Assembly (NCBI GenBank): GCA_942492055.1
Contig: CALODP010000004.1
Span: 41,827-73,826 of the forward strand
Length of the DNA stretch: 32,000 nt
Source: an uncultured Ignavibacteriales bacterium
GTDB lineage: Bacteria > Bacteroidota > Ignavibacteria > Ignavibacteriales > Melioribacteraceae
Reading direction: 5' to 3'
This document shows positions 31,690 through 32,000 of the stretch, in pieces. The first letter of the stretch is position 1. The number at the start of each line of letters is the position of its first letter. The notes under the pieces are model-generated. The model did not search any database and had not been told where the DNA came from. It saw nothing but the letters and a program-made list of their open reading frames with translations. A program made the translations under genes and the position numbers.

Positions 31690-32000
31690 ATGAAAAAAAT
31701 GTTAATCGTAATGACAGCGTTAATACTGTCGGTTGGAAATATTCTTGCCGGAATCGATCTGAAAGATCCCGGAACAGAAAACAGTAAGTCATTTGTGATT
31801 GTAGTTGATAAGATTACTTATGAAAAGATTGAAAGTAATATTTTGGCATATAAAGCCTCGATAGAAAATGATGGACTTTCCGCCTACGTTATGATTATCG
31901 ATAATGTTACTCCCGAAGATATTAAAGAGGAGATAATAGATTTATATAATGATACCGATAATTTGCAGGGAGCAGTTTTTGTCGGAGATATTCCAATCCC
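31690..32000 (+). CDS. 5' fragment of a secreted protein, N-terminal region resembling C25 (gingipain)-family peptidases; runs off the window
   Basis: Not in the ORF track because no stop falls inside the window. My translation is MKKMLIVMTALILSVGNILAGIDLKDPGTENSKSFVIVVDKITYEKIESNILAYKASIENDGLSAYVMIIDNVTPEDIKEEIIDLYNDTDNLQGAVFVGDIPI. It has a signal peptide. The pattern (xxIVVD...Y...G......PEDIK..I..LY......GAVFVGDIP) is what I recall from the start of C25-like catalytic domains. Confidence 0.5.
   Translation, partial: MKKMLIVMTALILSVGNILAGIDLKDPGTENSKSFVIVVDKITYEKIESNILAYKASIENDGLSAYVMIIDNVTPEDIKEEIIDLYNDTDNLQGAVFVGDIPI

Noticed and set aside
1-32000. Search for CRISPR arrays, tandem repeats longer than 20 bp, IS elements, integrases, toxin-antitoxin pairs and defence-system ATPases or nucleases.
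   Set aside because: By eye I found no regularly spaced direct repeats, no DDE/tyrosine/serine recombinase motifs, and no P-loop or nuclease signatures in any ORF. Absence by visual inspection is not proof.

Overview
AT-rich (about one-third GC by eye) bacterial chromosomal window. I support 20 protein-coding genes, 19 of them on the + strand. I recognised no rRNA, tRNA, CRISPR array, transposase or integrase.

Content, left to right:
1. 8-6889: a tightly packed five-gene two-component cluster (3 histidine kinases, 4 receiver domains, no effector/output domain). Two of the kinases carry a Cys-triad PAS domain.
2. 6981-11422: a glycyl-radical-enzyme (GRE) module. It has a short PflA-type radical-SAM activase and a 787-aa eliminase-clade GRE that looks most like trans-4-hydroxy-L-proline dehydratase (HypD). 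A secreted S28/S37-like serine peptidase follows.
3. 11423-12377: about 0.95 kb without credible ORFs, peppered with short GC-rich repeats.
4. 12378-13655: a T9SS-sorted surface protein that carries one of those repeats in frame.
5. 13845-17667: a visibly AT-richer trio of envelope proteins of unknown function (lipoprotein, small beta-barrel, TPR protein).
6. 17726-19356: an ORF-free gap of about 0.93 kb followed by an orphan helical protein.
7. 19707-25446: a PD40 beta-propeller protein and two six-hairpin glycoside-hydrolase-like genes.
8. 25931-32000: an STN-domain TonB-dependent receptor, an LTD-like lipoprotein, an NPA-motif outer-membrane barrel, and the start of a C25 (gingipain)-like protein.

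The T9SS C-terminal sorting domain (NYPNPFNPTT...) plus frequent Shine-Dalgarno (SD) sequences suggest an FCB-superphylum lineage outside classical Bacteroidia. That is inference only.

Best leads for novelty:
- the GRE + short activase + peptidase module;
- the receptor/LTD-lipoprotein/barrel module;
- a 20-nt GC-rich element present in inverted orientation upstream of and inside the T9SS cargo gene;
- a tandem palindromic operator upstream of the receptor gene.

All functional calls rest on motif recognition by eye in the supplied translations, not on database searches.
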